64,000 nt of DNA from Pedobacter sp. (lineage in GTDB: Bacteria; Bacteroidota; Bacteroidia; Sphingobacteriales; Sphingobacteriaceae). Of the stretch, positions 41,330-52,184 are shown piece after piece. The stretch spans positions 41,835 through 105,834 of the forward strand of contig SEDO01000008.1 of NCBI GenBank assembly GCA_004211595.1, given 5' to 3'. The notes beneath the pieces are model-generated. The model was not told where the DNA came from, did no database searches, and saw nothing but the letters and a program-made list of their open reading frames with translations. Made by a program: the position numbers and the translations under genes. How positions within the stretch are numbered: position 1 is the first letter of the stretch; each line of letters starts with the position of its first letter.

Positions 41330-42343
41330 GTGCATTCCGTAATACTACAAGTTCAACAACTTAGCAAACATTATCCTGATTCCCCGCAAGCGGGTTTAGA
41401 ACCCTTAAGTTTTCAAGTTAAAGCTGGAGAAATACTCGCTATCATTGGAGAAAGTGGTAGTGGGAAGTCGACACTCCTAAAGTGTATTTATGGCCTACTT
41501 ACACCAGATACGGGTGAAATTCTTTTTGAAGGTAAACATGTTAAAGGCCCCACCGAACAATTAGTACCCGGACATCTTGAAATGAAAATGGTGGCTCAAG
41601 ACTTTGCCTTAAACACTTATGCTAAAGTGTATGATAATGTAGCCTCTATGTTATCCAATACAAATGTAGCCGCTAAAGAAAGCAACACCTTAAAGATGTT
41701 AGCAAATTTGCATTTAATGCACGTAAAGGATAAAAGAGCCATAGAATTGAGTGGAGGTGAACAACAAAGAGTGGCTATAGCAAAAGCCCTTATCAGTAAG
41801 GCAAAAATGCTACTATTTGACGAACCATTTAGTCAAATAGATACCTTGCTAAAAAATCAACTTCGCAGCGAAATTAAGCAGATTGCCAAAGCCCAAGGCA
41901 AAAGTGTTATCCTCGTGTCTCATGATCCAGCTGATGGATTAAGTTTGGCCGATAAGGTATTAATCTTAAAAAAAGGCCAACTAATGGCTTATGGATCGAA
42001 AGATAGTTTGTATGAGAATCCCCCAAATTTATATACTGCCCAAATGCTCGGACATGCACAATCCCTACCTCAGAATCAAGCCTTAGCGCTAGGTATTGAC
42101 AGTTCAAGGGGTATTTATTTTTATCCAGAATGGGTGAAGCTTTTTACCACCGCTGAAAGTCATCAGATTAACCCTCAGAAAAGGCGATCCTTTGAAATTA
42201 CCTACATGGCCTTTAAAGGACATTATTCAGAACTTACCTTAGTAAGTGGTGATATTCGTATTCGTGCCTATGATTATTTTCCTCAAAGGCACAAAAAAAG
42301 CGACTTAGTTTATATTGAACTAAATCGCTTCTTTCAAATATGA
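41330..42343 (+). CDS. Stand-alone ABC transporter ATP-binding protein with C-terminal extension
   Basis: Walker A GESGSGKST, signature LSGGEQQR, Walker B LLFDEPFS, plus a ~110-aa C-terminal domain. The GTG at 41330 is chosen because the upstream ATG would read through a terminator hairpin. Confidence 0.78.
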   Translation: MHSVILQVQQLSKHYPDSPQAGLEPLSFQVKAGEILAIIGESGSGKSTLLKCIYGLLTPDTGEILFEGKHVKGPTEQLVPGHLEMKMVAQDFALNTYAKVYDNVASMLSNTNVAAKESNTLKMLANLHLMHVKDKRAIELSGGEQQRVAIAKALISKAKMLLFDEPFSQIDTLLKNQLRSEIKQIAKAQGKSVILVSHDPADGLSLADKVLILKKGQLMAYGSKDSLYENPPNLYTAQMLGHAQSLPQNQALALGIDSSRGIYFYPEWVKLFTTAESHQINPQKRRSFEITYMAFKGHYSELTLVSGDIRIRAYDYFPQRHKKSDLVYIELNRFFQI

Positions 42344-42383
42344 TTTTTCAACGGTAGATGAAAATATTTAATAGAGTTTTTAT

Positions 42384-42797
42384 TTAGGTAACATTTTGGG
42401 CGGCAATAATTACCACTTTTACCCGAATAGTCTGAGTAGGTTTAATCGGTTGAGTATCTTGATTATCCGAACTTTGAATATCAATTTCTACTTTACCTTT
42501 ACTAATAACCGTACTATAAGCATCCACATTATATACAAAAGGTAATTGTAAATAAGACGCCCCTTGATCATAGGAAATGTAAACTAAAACAGCTTCATTA
42601 TCCATGGTATATTGATCAATTTCAGGAACATCTAAAACCGTATAATATGTAAAGCCATTACTGGATAGTGTCCATGCATTTGCTGCCACATTTAAAACGA
42701 TGGTTCTGTTTGCCGGAGCATTCACATAAGTGTCTTTTTCGCAAGACGCCAAACCTAGTGAGGCGATGCAAAGGAGGAGGTAGGTAAGTTTTTTCAT
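42384..42797 (-). CDS. Hypothetical lipoprotein
   Basis: Lipobox LGLASC. The rest is a beta-rich small protein of unknown function. Confidence 0.5.
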   Translation of the reverse strand: MKKLTYLLLCIASLGLASCEKDTYVNAPANRTIVLNVAANAWTLSSNGFTYYTVLDVPEIDQYTMDNEAVLVYISYDQGASYLQLPFVYNVDAYSTVISKGKVEIDIQSSDNQDTQPIKPTQTIRVKVVIIAAQNVT

Positions 42798-42866
42798 GCT
42801 GTTTGTGTGTTTTTAAACAACATGCAAATTTGCTGCCAAAAAAATTAAATGATTTTCAATGCTCTT

Positions 42867-44030
42867 TCATGCTCTTCGCTGTGCTTTCATCATTTGATGT
42901 AAATCAAAATCATTAATCCCTTGTTTTTGATCGGCTAACATCAAAAAATTCTGGTATGCATTATCTAAATGATTCTTTTCTAATACATATCCCAACCTGT
43001 CTAAATGGTGTTTTAATGCAGCTCTTCCGCTTCGGGCAGTTAATACGATAGCAGCCGCCGGATAGCCTACATCTTCGGGTTTAATAATTTCATAATTTTC
43101 ACGATTTTTTAGATAGCCATCCTGATGGATACCCGAACTATGAGAAAATGCATTCCCTCCAATAATAGCTTTATTGGGTTGCACAGGCATGTTCATTTCT
43201 GAACTTATTACTTTACTTAAATTATAAATACCCTGACTTCTGATATTGCAATTGAGTCCTAAACTTTGATGGGTTTTAATAATCATTACCACTTCTTCCA
43301 TAGCCGTATTTCCAGCTCTCTCGCCAATGCCATTAATGGTGCACTCCACCTGTCGGGCACCGTGCTGTAAACCAGCTATCGCATTAGCCGTCGCTAAACC
43401 TAAATCGTTATGACAATGGACAGATAGTATAGCCTGATCTATATTTTGGACATGGGTTTTCAAATGCTTAATTTTCTCGCCATATTGATGTGGTAAGCAG
43501 TAACCATTCGTGTCTGGGATATTGACTACTGTTGCCCCTGCAGCTATAACAGCTTCTACCATTTGGGTTAAAAACTCAATATCCGCACGACCTGCATCTT
43601 CAGCATAAAATTCAACATCTTCCACATAGCGTTTAGCATATTTTACAGCCTCCACCGCTCGAACCAAGATTTCTGCTCGGGTACTATTGAATTTAGTTTT
43701 AATATGCATATCTGAAGCTCCTATGCCCGTATGTATACGAGGCCTTTGTGCATTTTTTAAAGCCTCTGCCGCCACTTCAATATCTTTTTTATTAGCTCTG
43801 GTTAAAGCGCAAACAATGGGTCTTTTAATATGCTTAGCTATCTGTACAACTGATTGATAATCACCAGGACTTGAAATAGGAAAGCCAGCCTCTATCACAT
43901 CCACCCCCAAATCTTCTAAAGCCAAAGCTATCTCAATTTTTTGTGCGGTATTTAATTGGCAACCTGGCACTTGTTCTCCATCTCGGAGAGTGGTGTCAAA
44001 AATAAAAACTTGGTTAGGATCATGTAACAT
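42867..44030 (-). CDS. leuA: 2-isopropylmalate synthase-like enzyme, short form (catalytic TIM-barrel only)
   Basis: DRE-TIM metallolyase motifs ([22 protein letters not shown]). It is the last gene of the ilvE-leuCDB cluster. At 387 aa there is no room for the C-terminal LeuA regulatory domain. Confidence 0.78.
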   Translation of the reverse strand: MLHDPNQVFIFDTTLRDGEQVPGCQLNTAQKIEIALALEDLGVDVIEAGFPISSPGDYQSVVQIAKHIKRPIVCALTRANKKDIEVAAEALKNAQRPRIHTGIGASDMHIKTKFNSTRAEILVRAVEAVKYAKRYVEDVEFYAEDAGRADIEFLTQMVEAVIAAGATVVNIPDTNGYCLPHQYGEKIKHLKTHVQNIDQAILSVHCHNDLGLATANAIAGLQHGARQVECTINGIGERAGNTAMEEVVMIIKTHQSLGLNCNIRSQGIYNLSKVISSEMNMPVQPNKAIIGGNAFSHSSGIHQDGYLKNRENYEIIKPEDVGYPAAAIVLTARSGRAALKHHLDRLGYVLEKNHLDNAYQNFLMLADQKQGINDFDLHQMMKAQRRA

Positions 44031-44035
44031 GGTTC

Positions 44036-45124
44036 TTATGATTTAGGGTTAGTAAATTCATTAAATATCATTTCACCCATTGCAGAGGTTCCTAAAACCT
44101 TTGAAGTGGGCGTTTTGGGAGAAGCAATATCGATGGTTCGATAACCTGCCTTTAAAACTTTTTTAATAGTTTCTGTAATGGCATTGGCGTGTTTATAAAG
44201 CCCAAAACTGTGGCTTAATAATAATCCTGCAGATAGGATAGAAGCTAGTGGATTTGCCTTATTTTTACCCGCTATATCATGAGCCGAACCATGGATAGGT
44301 TCATAGAACCCGGGGCCATCGCCTAAAGAGGCAGAGGCAAGCATCCCCATAGAACCTGCTATTTGGGAAGCTTCATCTGTTAAAATGTCTCCGAATAAAT
44401 TTGCCGTTAATACGACATCAAATTGGGTAGGGTTTTTTATCAATTGCATAGCCGCATTATCCACAAACATATGCTCACAACGTACATTTGGATATTGCTT
44501 GGCTACTTCCTGTACAGTTCTTCGCCATAAACGGGAACTTTCTAAGACATTAGCCTTATCCACAGAACACACATAGCCCTTTCGGTTTTGAGCAGCTTGA
44601 AAGGCTTTATGGGCCACTCGTTCAATTTCATAACGCGAATAAATCATCAGATCAGAAGCCGTCAAACCATCTGCTGATAACTGTTTTTCTCCGAAATACA
44701 CATCTCCTGTGAGTTCTCTAAAAAATAAAATATCGGTGCCTTTTAATATTTCCTCTTTGAGTGAGCTTGCCCCTAATAATTCATCAAATAATTGAATAGG
44801 ACGCAGATTGGCATATAAACCTAAGGCTTTCCGAATGGATAACAAACCTTGTTCAGGTCGTACTTTTAAATTAGGATCTGCATCATATTTCGCATGCCCA
44901 ATTGCCCCAAATAATATAGCATCTGCTTGCTTTGCCTTTTGGAGTGTTTGTTCAGGTAAGGGGCTTCCTGTAGCTTCGATGGCAGCATGTCCCATCAAGG
45001 CCTCTTGAAAATGCCAATCATACCCATTCAAATTGGCAATCTTTTCTAATATGGCCTTTCCCCATAAAGTCACTTCTGGACCAATACCATCCCCCGGTAT
45101 AATTAAAATATGTTTAGTAGACAT
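44036..45124 (-). CDS. leuB: 3-isopropylmalate dehydrogenase
   Basis: [14 protein letters not shown]-terminus and the [12 protein letters not shown] signature. The ATG at 45124 is preferred over the TTG at 45139. Confidence 0.93.
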   Translation of the reverse strand: MSTKHILIIPGDGIGPEVTLWGKAILEKIANLNGYDWHFQEALMGHAAIEATGSPLPEQTLQKAKQADAILFGAIGHAKYDADPNLKVRPEQGLLSIRKALGLYANLRPIQLFDELLGASSLKEEILKGTDILFFRELTGDVYFGEKQLSADGLTASDLMIYSRYEIERVAHKAFQAAQNRKGYVCSVDKANVLESSRLWRRTVQEVAKQYPNVRCEHMFVDNAAMQLIKNPTQFDVVLTANLFGDILTDEASQIAGSMGMLASASLGDGPGFYEPIHGSAHDIAGKNKANPLASILSAGLLLSHSFGLYKHANAITETIKKVLKAGYRTIDIASPKTPTSKVLGTSAMGEMIFNEFTNPKS

Positions 45125-45707
45125 AAGTTTCTTTCTCAAAGGCTTCGATTAACTCCTGATGGCTTAAAATAAAATCAATGTCATCAAAGCCATTTAATAA
45201 ACATGATTTTTTATAAGGATTTATTTCAAAGTTTTCTGTTTCTCCTGTGGCTATTAAACTTATCTGTTGGGTTTCTAAATTTATAGCTACGATAGTTTCT
45301 GGATTCTTTTCTACAGCCCTGAATAATTTAGCTAAAAAACCTTCCGAAACCTGAACGGGTAATAAACCATTATTCAGCGCATTACCTTTGAATATATCCG
45401 CAAAAAAGCTACTTACCACCACCTCAAAACCAGCGTCTTGAATAGCCCAGGCGGCATGTTCTCTACTCGATCCACAGCCAAAGTTTTTGCCTGCCAATAA
45501 TGTCTTTCCTTCATAACGCGGGTTATTGAGTACAAAATCAAGTTTAGGATTACCTTGGGCATCATATCGCCAATCACAAAATAAATTTTCACCAAATCCT
45601 TCTCGGGTAGTAGCTTTTAAAAAGCGAGCAGGAATAATCTGATCGGTATCAATATTCTCAACGTGTATAGGAACTAGCCTAGAGCTTAAGGATTTAAACT
45701 TTTTCAT
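45114..45707 (-). CDS. leuD: 3-isopropylmalate dehydratase small subunit
   Basis: Aconitase swivel domain with the [13 protein letters not shown] motif. Confidence 0.92.
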   Translation of the reverse strand: MKKFKSLSSRLVPIHVENIDTDQIIPARFLKATTREGFGENLFCDWRYDAQGNPKLDFVLNNPRYEGKTLLAGKNFGCGSSREHAAWAIQDAGFEVVVSSFFADIFKGNALNNGLLPVQVSEGFLAKLFRAVEKNPETIVAINLETQQISLIATGETENFEINPYKKSCLLNGFDDIDFILSHQELIEAFEKETYVY

Positions 45708-47106
45708 ATGTAGTAAGTTGACGTATATCTGTAATTTTACCAGTAATAGCGGCAGCAGCGGCAGTAAGAGGGCTAGCTAATAAGGTGCGTGCTCCAGGTC
45801 CCTGTCTACCTTCAAAATTTCGGTTAGATGTAGAAATGCAATATTTTCCCGCAGGTATTTTATCTTCATTCATGCCTAGGCATGCCGAACAACCTGGTTC
45901 CCTCAATTGAAAACCAGCAGTTTCGAAAATTTTATCCAAACCCTCTGCTTTAGCCTGAGATTCTACTTGCTTAGAGCCTGGTACAATCCAAACCTCTACT
46001 TGTTCCGACTTTTGTTTCCCTTTTACAAAAGTGGCTACCTCTCTTAAATCTTCGATTCTGGAATTAGTACATGAACCTATAAATACATAGTCGATAGCTT
46101 GCCCAATTAAACTTGAGCCTTCTTGAAAGCCCATATAGGCAAGTGCCTTTTGATAGGAGGCTTGTTCGGCAGCGGCTTGCGAAGATATTAAGGGTATTTG
46201 CCCTGATATGGGCATCCCCATGCCAGGATTAGTTCCATAAGTAATCATGGGACTGATATCCTCTGCTTGAAAATGGAGGGTTTTATCAAAAGAAGCCTCA
46301 TAATCGGAATACAAATTTTTCCAAGTCTGGAGAGATTCTTCCCAAGCTTTTCCCGATGGGGAAAAAGGTTTACCCTTTAGATAAGCAAAAGTTATTTCAT
46401 CCGGAGCAATCAAGCCTCCTCTTGCACCCATTTCGATACTCATATTGCAAATAGTCATGCGGGCCTCCATACTTAATCTACGGATAGCTTCACCTGTATA
46501 TTCAATAAAGTAACCTGTTCCCCCCGCTGCCGATATTTTCGAAATAATGTATAAAATTATATCCTTCGCCCCAACAGCCCTTGAAAGCACCCCATCAATA
46601 TTAATTTTCATAGTTTTAGGCTTTTGTAAAAGTAGGCATTGGCTGGCCAATACCTGTTCTACCTGCGAGGTGCCAATACCAAAGGCAATACAGCCAAAGG
46701 CTCCATGTGTAGAAGTGTGAGAATCACCACATACGATTGTCTTACCTGGAAGGGTAAAACCTAACTCCGGACCAATTACATGTACAATACCTTGATAAGG
46801 GTGACCTAAGCCATATAATTCAATCCCAAATTCAGTACAATTCCGACTTAATTCAGCTACCTGGAAACGAGATAATTCTTCTTTTATCGGTAAATGCTGA
46901 TTTAGCGTAGGGACATTGTGATCGGCCGTAGCGATTGTTTGCTCTGGTCGAAAAACTTTTAAATTTTTTTTTCTTAAGCCATCAAAGGCTTGAGGACTGG
47001 TAACTTCATGTATAAAATGCGTATCAATATAAAGCAAATCAGGGAAACCCGATTGACGTTTAACAACATGCGCATCCCAAATTTTTTCAACTAAGGTTCT
47101 GCTCAT
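45694..47106 (-). CDS. leuC: 3-isopropylmalate dehydratase large subunit
   Basis: Aconitase family with Fe-S cysteines (VCGDSHT, GSCTNSR, GCSACLG). Confidence 0.94.
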   Translation of the reverse strand: MSRTLVEKIWDAHVVKRQSGFPDLLYIDTHFIHEVTSPQAFDGLRKKNLKVFRPEQTIATADHNVPTLNQHLPIKEELSRFQVAELSRNCTEFGIELYGLGHPYQGIVHVIGPELGFTLPGKTIVCGDSHTSTHGAFGCIAFGIGTSQVEQVLASQCLLLQKPKTMKINIDGVLSRAVGAKDIILYIISKISAAGGTGYFIEYTGEAIRRLSMEARMTICNMSIEMGARGGLIAPDEITFAYLKGKPFSPSGKAWEESLQTWKNLYSDYEASFDKTLHFQAEDISPMITYGTNPGMGMPISGQIPLISSQAAAEQASYQKALAYMGFQEGSSLIGQAIDYVFIGSCTNSRIEDLREVATFVKGKQKSEQVEVWIVPGSKQVESQAKAEGLDKIFETAGFQLREPGCSACLGMNEDKIPAGKYCISTSNRNFEGRQGPGARTLLASPLTAAAAAITGKITDIRQLTTYEKV

Positions 47107-47146
47107 ATGAATAAGGATGAAATGAATTTTAGCGGCTAAATAATTA

Positions 47147-48037
47147 TTAAATAATCACTTCGAAATTTTCTTTTTCGAGTACTAGGTTTTTATAAGCAGA
47201 AGCAATAGTAGCTCCTAAAGTATCTGCCCATCTTGCTTTAAATACATGATCATCAATGGTGTGAATGCCTATTATTTCAACAGCAGTACCACAAAAGAAA
47301 GCGGCATCTGCAGCTTTTAATTCGGCTGGCGTAATGGCTGCCTCAAACACCGGAATATCTAATCTATGGGCAATATCCATAATGGTTGATCGGGTTATAC
47401 CAGGCAGAATATTCCCTAAAGCTGGGGTAAATAACTTTCCGTCTTTTTCCATAAATATATTAGCCCCAGGAGCTTCTGCAACAAAGCCATTAGCATCTAA
47501 TAATAACGCTTCATCATATCCATGCCTTTTGGCATGTGTGGTTGCAAGAATCGAATTGACATAGTGCCCTGAAATTTTAGCCTCTATAAAAGTAGATTTA
47601 GGATTAGGTCGTTGAAAGGGTGAAATTCCCACTTTAATTTGCTTATTACCTAAATAGGCCCCCCATTCCCAGGCTGCAATCATCAATTTGCTCTCCTGTG
47701 GAGCAATTAAAGTCATATTAGCATCGGCATAAACAAGTGGGCGAATGTAGGCGTCTTTCAGTTTATTAACTTGCAATAATTCATAACTGGCATTTATTAA
47801 ATCCTGTGTATCATAGGGATAAGGTAAACCCACAAGTTCACATGATTTTTGTAATCGCAGATAGTGTTCTTTTGCTTTAAAGATGCGGGTTCCATTATCG
47901 GTTTGATAAGCTCGTATGCCTTCAAAGGCAGCAAATCCATAATGCAAAGATTGTCCAAATAGATCAATCTGTGTAGCGGAAGCGCTTACAAATTTACCAT
48001 CATGATAAATAAGGGTCTGTGGTTGATAATATTGCAT
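47147..48037 (-). CDS. ilvE: Branched-chain amino-acid aminotransferase (class IV)
   Basis: Class-IV fold with GLHYG-like [15 protein letters not shown], a PLP-lysine context, and LPGITR. Confidence 0.9.
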   Translation of the reverse strand: MQYYQPQTLIYHDGKFVSASATQIDLFGQSLHYGFAAFEGIRAYQTDNGTRIFKAKEHYLRLQKSCELVGLPYPYDTQDLINASYELLQVNKLKDAYIRPLVYADANMTLIAPQESKLMIAAWEWGAYLGNKQIKVGISPFQRPNPKSTFIEAKISGHYVNSILATTHAKRHGYDEALLLDANGFVAEAPGANIFMEKDGKLFTPALGNILPGITRSTIMDIAHRLDIPVFEAAITPAELKAADAAFFCGTAVEIIGIHTIDDHVFKARWADTLGATIASAYKNLVLEKENFEVII

Positions 48038-48145
48038 TTTAGCTATAGTGGGTCTAGGTGTTTTTGTTTAAACCCAATTTACCAGATGTAACATAGTTGT
48101 GCAATAGGTAAAAATAATATTTTAAAAAAGAATTTAATTTCTTTT

Positions 48146-48186
48146 AATACATGTTTATAAAAATTTTATTTTTATAAACATGTATT
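48146..48186. promoter_or_regulatory. Perfect 19-bp inverted repeat (3-nt spacer), almost entirely A/T
   Basis: AATACATGTTTATAAAAAT ttt ATTTTTATAAACATGTATT, located 109-149 nt upstream of the ilvE start codon on the minus strand. Confidence 0.85.
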
Positions 48187-48208
48187 TTATAAATTTAAAA
48201 TATTAACA

Positions 48209-48245
48209 AACTATACTAAATATGAAATCGGTATTTAGTATAGTT
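48209..48245 (-). terminator. Stem-loop downstream of the antiporter gene (possible terminator)
   Basis: 14-bp perfect stem AACTATACTAAATA / TATTTAGTATAGTT with a 9-nt loop, 80 nt after the antiporter stop. On the minus strand it is followed by TGTTAATATTTT, which is only a weak T-tract. Confidence 0.45.
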
Positions 48246-48324
48246 GCTATGCATGCAGAGTAATATTGTCAATTTCCTGCCTAAAATTGCTAAAATACCC
48301 GCTATTCTTGTACGAGATAAGACA

Positions 48325-49572
48325 TTATTCTTCCACTTTAGAAAGCGCTTTATTAGCCACTTTCCCAACTGTTAAACCTTGTACAATGATAGAAAATACG
48401 ACTACAAAATAAGTAGCTGCTATTAGTGGGGCTTTATACGGTCCTTCAGCCATAGAAAGGGCTAAAGCAATGGAAACCCCACCTCGTAATCCACCCCATA
48501 CTAATACCTTAATGGTACCTTTACTAAATTTATTTTTAAATGGAATAAGTAATACCGGTATATAAATGGATACAAATCGAGCAAATAAAACTAATACGAT
48601 GCTAGCTAATCCAATTTGCCAGAATTCTGATAGATTAGAAATAATTAATAACTCAAAACCGATAAATAAGAATAATACGGCATTTAAAATTTCATCAATA
48701 AGTTCCCAAAATTTATTTAAATAATCTTTTGTAGTAGCCGACATAGCCGTACGCTTTCCATAATTACCAATCACTAAACCTGCAGCTACCATAGTTAATG
48801 GGCCAGAAATATGCACAGCATGCGCAATTAAATAACCGCCCATAACAACCGATAATGTAATTAAAACAGAAACCTTATAATCATCTATTTTGCGCATCGC
48901 ATTTGAAGCCCCAATACCTAAAGCAATCCCTAATATAAATCCGCCTACTGCTTCTTTAATCAATAGCCAGGAAATATTGGCAAAGGATAAATCCATCTCT
49001 TTACCTTGGGTTAATTGTAATATTACAGCAAAAACTACTACCGCTACCCCGTCATTGAAAAGCGATTCACCCGCGACTTTAGTTTCCAGTGACTTTTTAA
49101 CTTTTGCCTCTTTCAATACTCCTAAAACCGCAATCGGGTCGGTAGGTGAGATTAAAGCTCCAAAGAGTAAACAAAAAATAAAAGGGATTTCTAAACCTAA
49201 AAAAGGCGTAATAAGGAATAATAGGTAACCGACAGCAAAGGTAGATATGACTACAGAAACGGTCGAGAAAATAATTACTGGCCCGCGCTGTTCTTTCAGA
49301 TCAACTAAATTAATATGGATCGCACCAGCAAAGAGTAAAAAATTAAGCATGGCGCCCATTAATACTTCTGTAAAATCTACATCCTTTAATAAGATAGATA
49401 AATGATTAAAAGAATTTGGAAATAAGCGACCAGCGACTACCAATAGCATAGAAGTGACCAAGGCAATAATCATGATGCCAATGGTCGAAGGCAGTTTGAG
49501 ATAACGATGATTTAAATAGGCAAAAAAAGATGCCAAAACGATGAGTACTGAGAATGAATAATATAACTCCAT
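48325..49572 (-). CDS. CPA1-family Na+/H+ (cation:proton) antiporter, NhaP-like
   Basis: About 11-12 TM helices with the conserved FGALISPTDP and ESLFNDG motifs. The ATG at 49572 is preferred over the TTG at 49599. Confidence 0.82.
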   Translation of the reverse strand: MELYYSFSVLIVLASFFAYLNHRYLKLPSTIGIMIIALVTSMLLVVAGRLFPNSFNHLSILLKDVDFTEVLMGAMLNFLLFAGAIHINLVDLKEQRGPVIIFSTVSVVISTFAVGYLLFLITPFLGLEIPFIFCLLFGALISPTDPIAVLGVLKEAKVKKSLETKVAGESLFNDGVAVVVFAVILQLTQGKEMDLSFANISWLLIKEAVGGFILGIALGIGASNAMRKIDDYKVSVLITLSVVMGGYLIAHAVHISGPLTMVAAGLVIGNYGKRTAMSATTKDYLNKFWELIDEILNAVLFLFIGFELLIISNLSEFWQIGLASIVLVLFARFVSIYIPVLLIPFKNKFSKGTIKVLVWGGLRGGVSIALALSMAEGPYKAPLIAATYFVVVFSIIVQGLTVGKVANKALSKVEE

Positions 49573-49607
49573 TTTATAATATTGCTTGTTTAGAGGCAAT
49601 AAAATAC

Positions 49608-49640
49608 AAAAAAAAAGCCGTTTTCAACGAAAACGGCTTT
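49608..49640 (-). terminator. Rho-independent terminator after atpC
   Basis: On the minus strand: AAAGCCGTTTTC GTTG AAAACGGCTTT followed by a T-run. Confidence 0.85.
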
Positions 49641-49659
49641 CTATTTTTTATAAAAATTA

Positions 49660-49905
49660 TTAAGCTATTACAGCTTCTGCAAGCACAATAATTTTATCAT
49701 CTAAAACTTCAACAACTCCACCTTTGATTTTAAAGGTTTCTTCTCCTTTACTGTTTTGAACCTTCAAAGGTCCATCTTCTAAGGTAGAAATAATAGGGGC
49801 GTGGCCTTTTAATATTTGAAAAGAACCTAAAGTACCCGGTACAGTTACCGCGCTAACTTCGCCTTCGAAAACCTTTTTATCTGGAGTTAATATTTCTAAG
49901 TTCAT
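49660..49905 (-). CDS. atpC: F0F1 ATP synthase epsilon subunit (short form)
   Basis: 81-aa N-terminal beta-sandwich domain (LEILTP...VSAVTVPGTLGSFQILKGHAP), directly downstream of atpD. Confidence 0.9.
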   Translation of the reverse strand: MNLEILTPDKKVFEGEVSAVTVPGTLGSFQILKGHAPIISTLEDGPLKVQNSKGEETFKIKGGVVEVLDDKIIVLAEAVIA

Positions 49906-49943
49906 GCTTTAAATATATATTACCGGAGCTAAGCTCCTGTAAA

Positions 49944-51464
<1,521 letters not shown>

Positions 51465-51864
51465 TTATATAAATCAAAATGTTACGGTCTTTTTATAAAA
51501 CCTACAATTTCGGTTTGCAAAGTTAAGATTTTTAAGTGTAATTTTTAAATTTAATGCTAAAGTTTTTTTAAAGTATTTTTTGACTGTTAAAATCTATGTA
51601 ACTATTTCTTCTTAGGAGCGCTCTTTGCATCCTATTCCTGCTCGATTTCAAGAAGATTTAAATTCAATTTGAGCCCAATTTTTTCCTCAATTGTTCGGCT
51701 ATTGTTCGACTATTGTTCGGCAGTTGTTCGGAAAGTTACTATACTAACTATACTATAACACTAGTCTTCCTTCGGGTAACCTTCGGAAAGGGTTCGTCTG
51801 ATGTTCAGCTGTAATTCAGAAGCTTTTCGAAACGCTTTCGAAAAATACCCGAACGTTTTCCAAA

Positions 51865-51897
51865 GAATTTCCGAAGATTTTCCGAAGCTTTTCCGAA
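51865..51897. repeat. Sub-block: three tandem 11-bp units G(A/C)(A/T)TTTCCGAA
   Basis: TTTCCGAAG at 51868-51876, 51879-51887 and 51890-51898, which is the exact reverse complement of CTTCGGAAA at 51781-51789. Confidence 0.9.
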
Positions 51898-51952
51898 GTT
51901 TCCCGGTATTCTTCCTGAATTTTTCCCGAATTTAGACATAATTTAGACATAA

Positions 51953-52007
51953 GAAAGTCCCTATAAGGTCCCTATAAGGTCTCTATAAGGTCCCTATAAG
52001 GTCCCTT
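51953..52007. repeat. Sub-block: five tandem 11-bp units (T/G)AA(G/A)GTCCCTA
   Basis: GTCCCTATAAG starts at 51957, 51968, 51979 (GTCTC variant), 51990 and 52001 (truncated). Confidence 0.92.
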
Positions 52008-52184
52008 TGATGTCAGGGTAAAAATGGATGATTTAAAAAGGCATTTAATGAAGGAGTTGCCTGTAGGAATATGGAATAAAAATCTAAAATAAGTATTTTG
52101 GGAGACTATTTAAAACCTTATTTTTAGACCTCCTAAGGATAGAAAAGCCCCGTGGAAAAAAACGAGTAAGCAGCTAATAAAAAG

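Larger units (their letters stand above)
51689..52007. repeat. Non-coding mosaic array: 29 consecutive 11-bp units in one register, built from at least six repeat families
   Basis: Hand alignment in rows of 11 nt: TTGTTCG x4 (51691, 51702, 51713, 51724), CCTTCGG x2 plus GTTCG, TTCAG x2, TTTCGAAA x2, CCCGAA, TTTCCGAAG x3, TCCCGAA, TTTAGACATAA x2, TAAGGTCCCTA x5. The same column holds C in 21 of 29 rows. There is no ORF of 60 aa or more. Confidence 0.9.

Noticed and set aside
48038-48324. Leucine leader-peptide attenuator or T-box upstream of ilvE-leuCDBA
   Set aside because: Reading the minus strand I found no short ORF with consecutive Leu/Ile/Val codons, no T-box specifier/antiterminator sequence, and no G+C-rich terminator with a U-run before ilvE.
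51518-51525. TAACTTTG (minus strand) as the atpD -7 promoter box
   Set aside because: It matches TAnnTTTG and sits about 72 nt upstream of the atpD start, but I could not find a -33 TTTG at the expected spacing. The support is too weak to list as a feature.
51689-52007. CRISPR array or replication origin as the explanation for the repeat-rich atpD/RmlD-like spacer
   Set aside because: The units are only 11 bp and directly abut, with no spacers, and there are no cas genes, so it is not a CRISPR array. I saw no DnaA-box (TTATCCACA/TGTGGATAA) in 51447-52184 and no dnaA/dnaN nearby. The only perfect TTATCCACA I noticed (44457-44465) lies inside leuB and is most likely coincidental.
52024-52092. 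22-codon ORF (MDDLKRHLMKELPVGIWNKNLK) just downstream of the repeat array
   Set aside because: It is very short, has no convincing ribosome-binding context, has no recognisable motif, and lies in a region where such ORFs arise by chance in AT-rich DNA. It is kept only as a note in case ribosome profiling shows otherwise.
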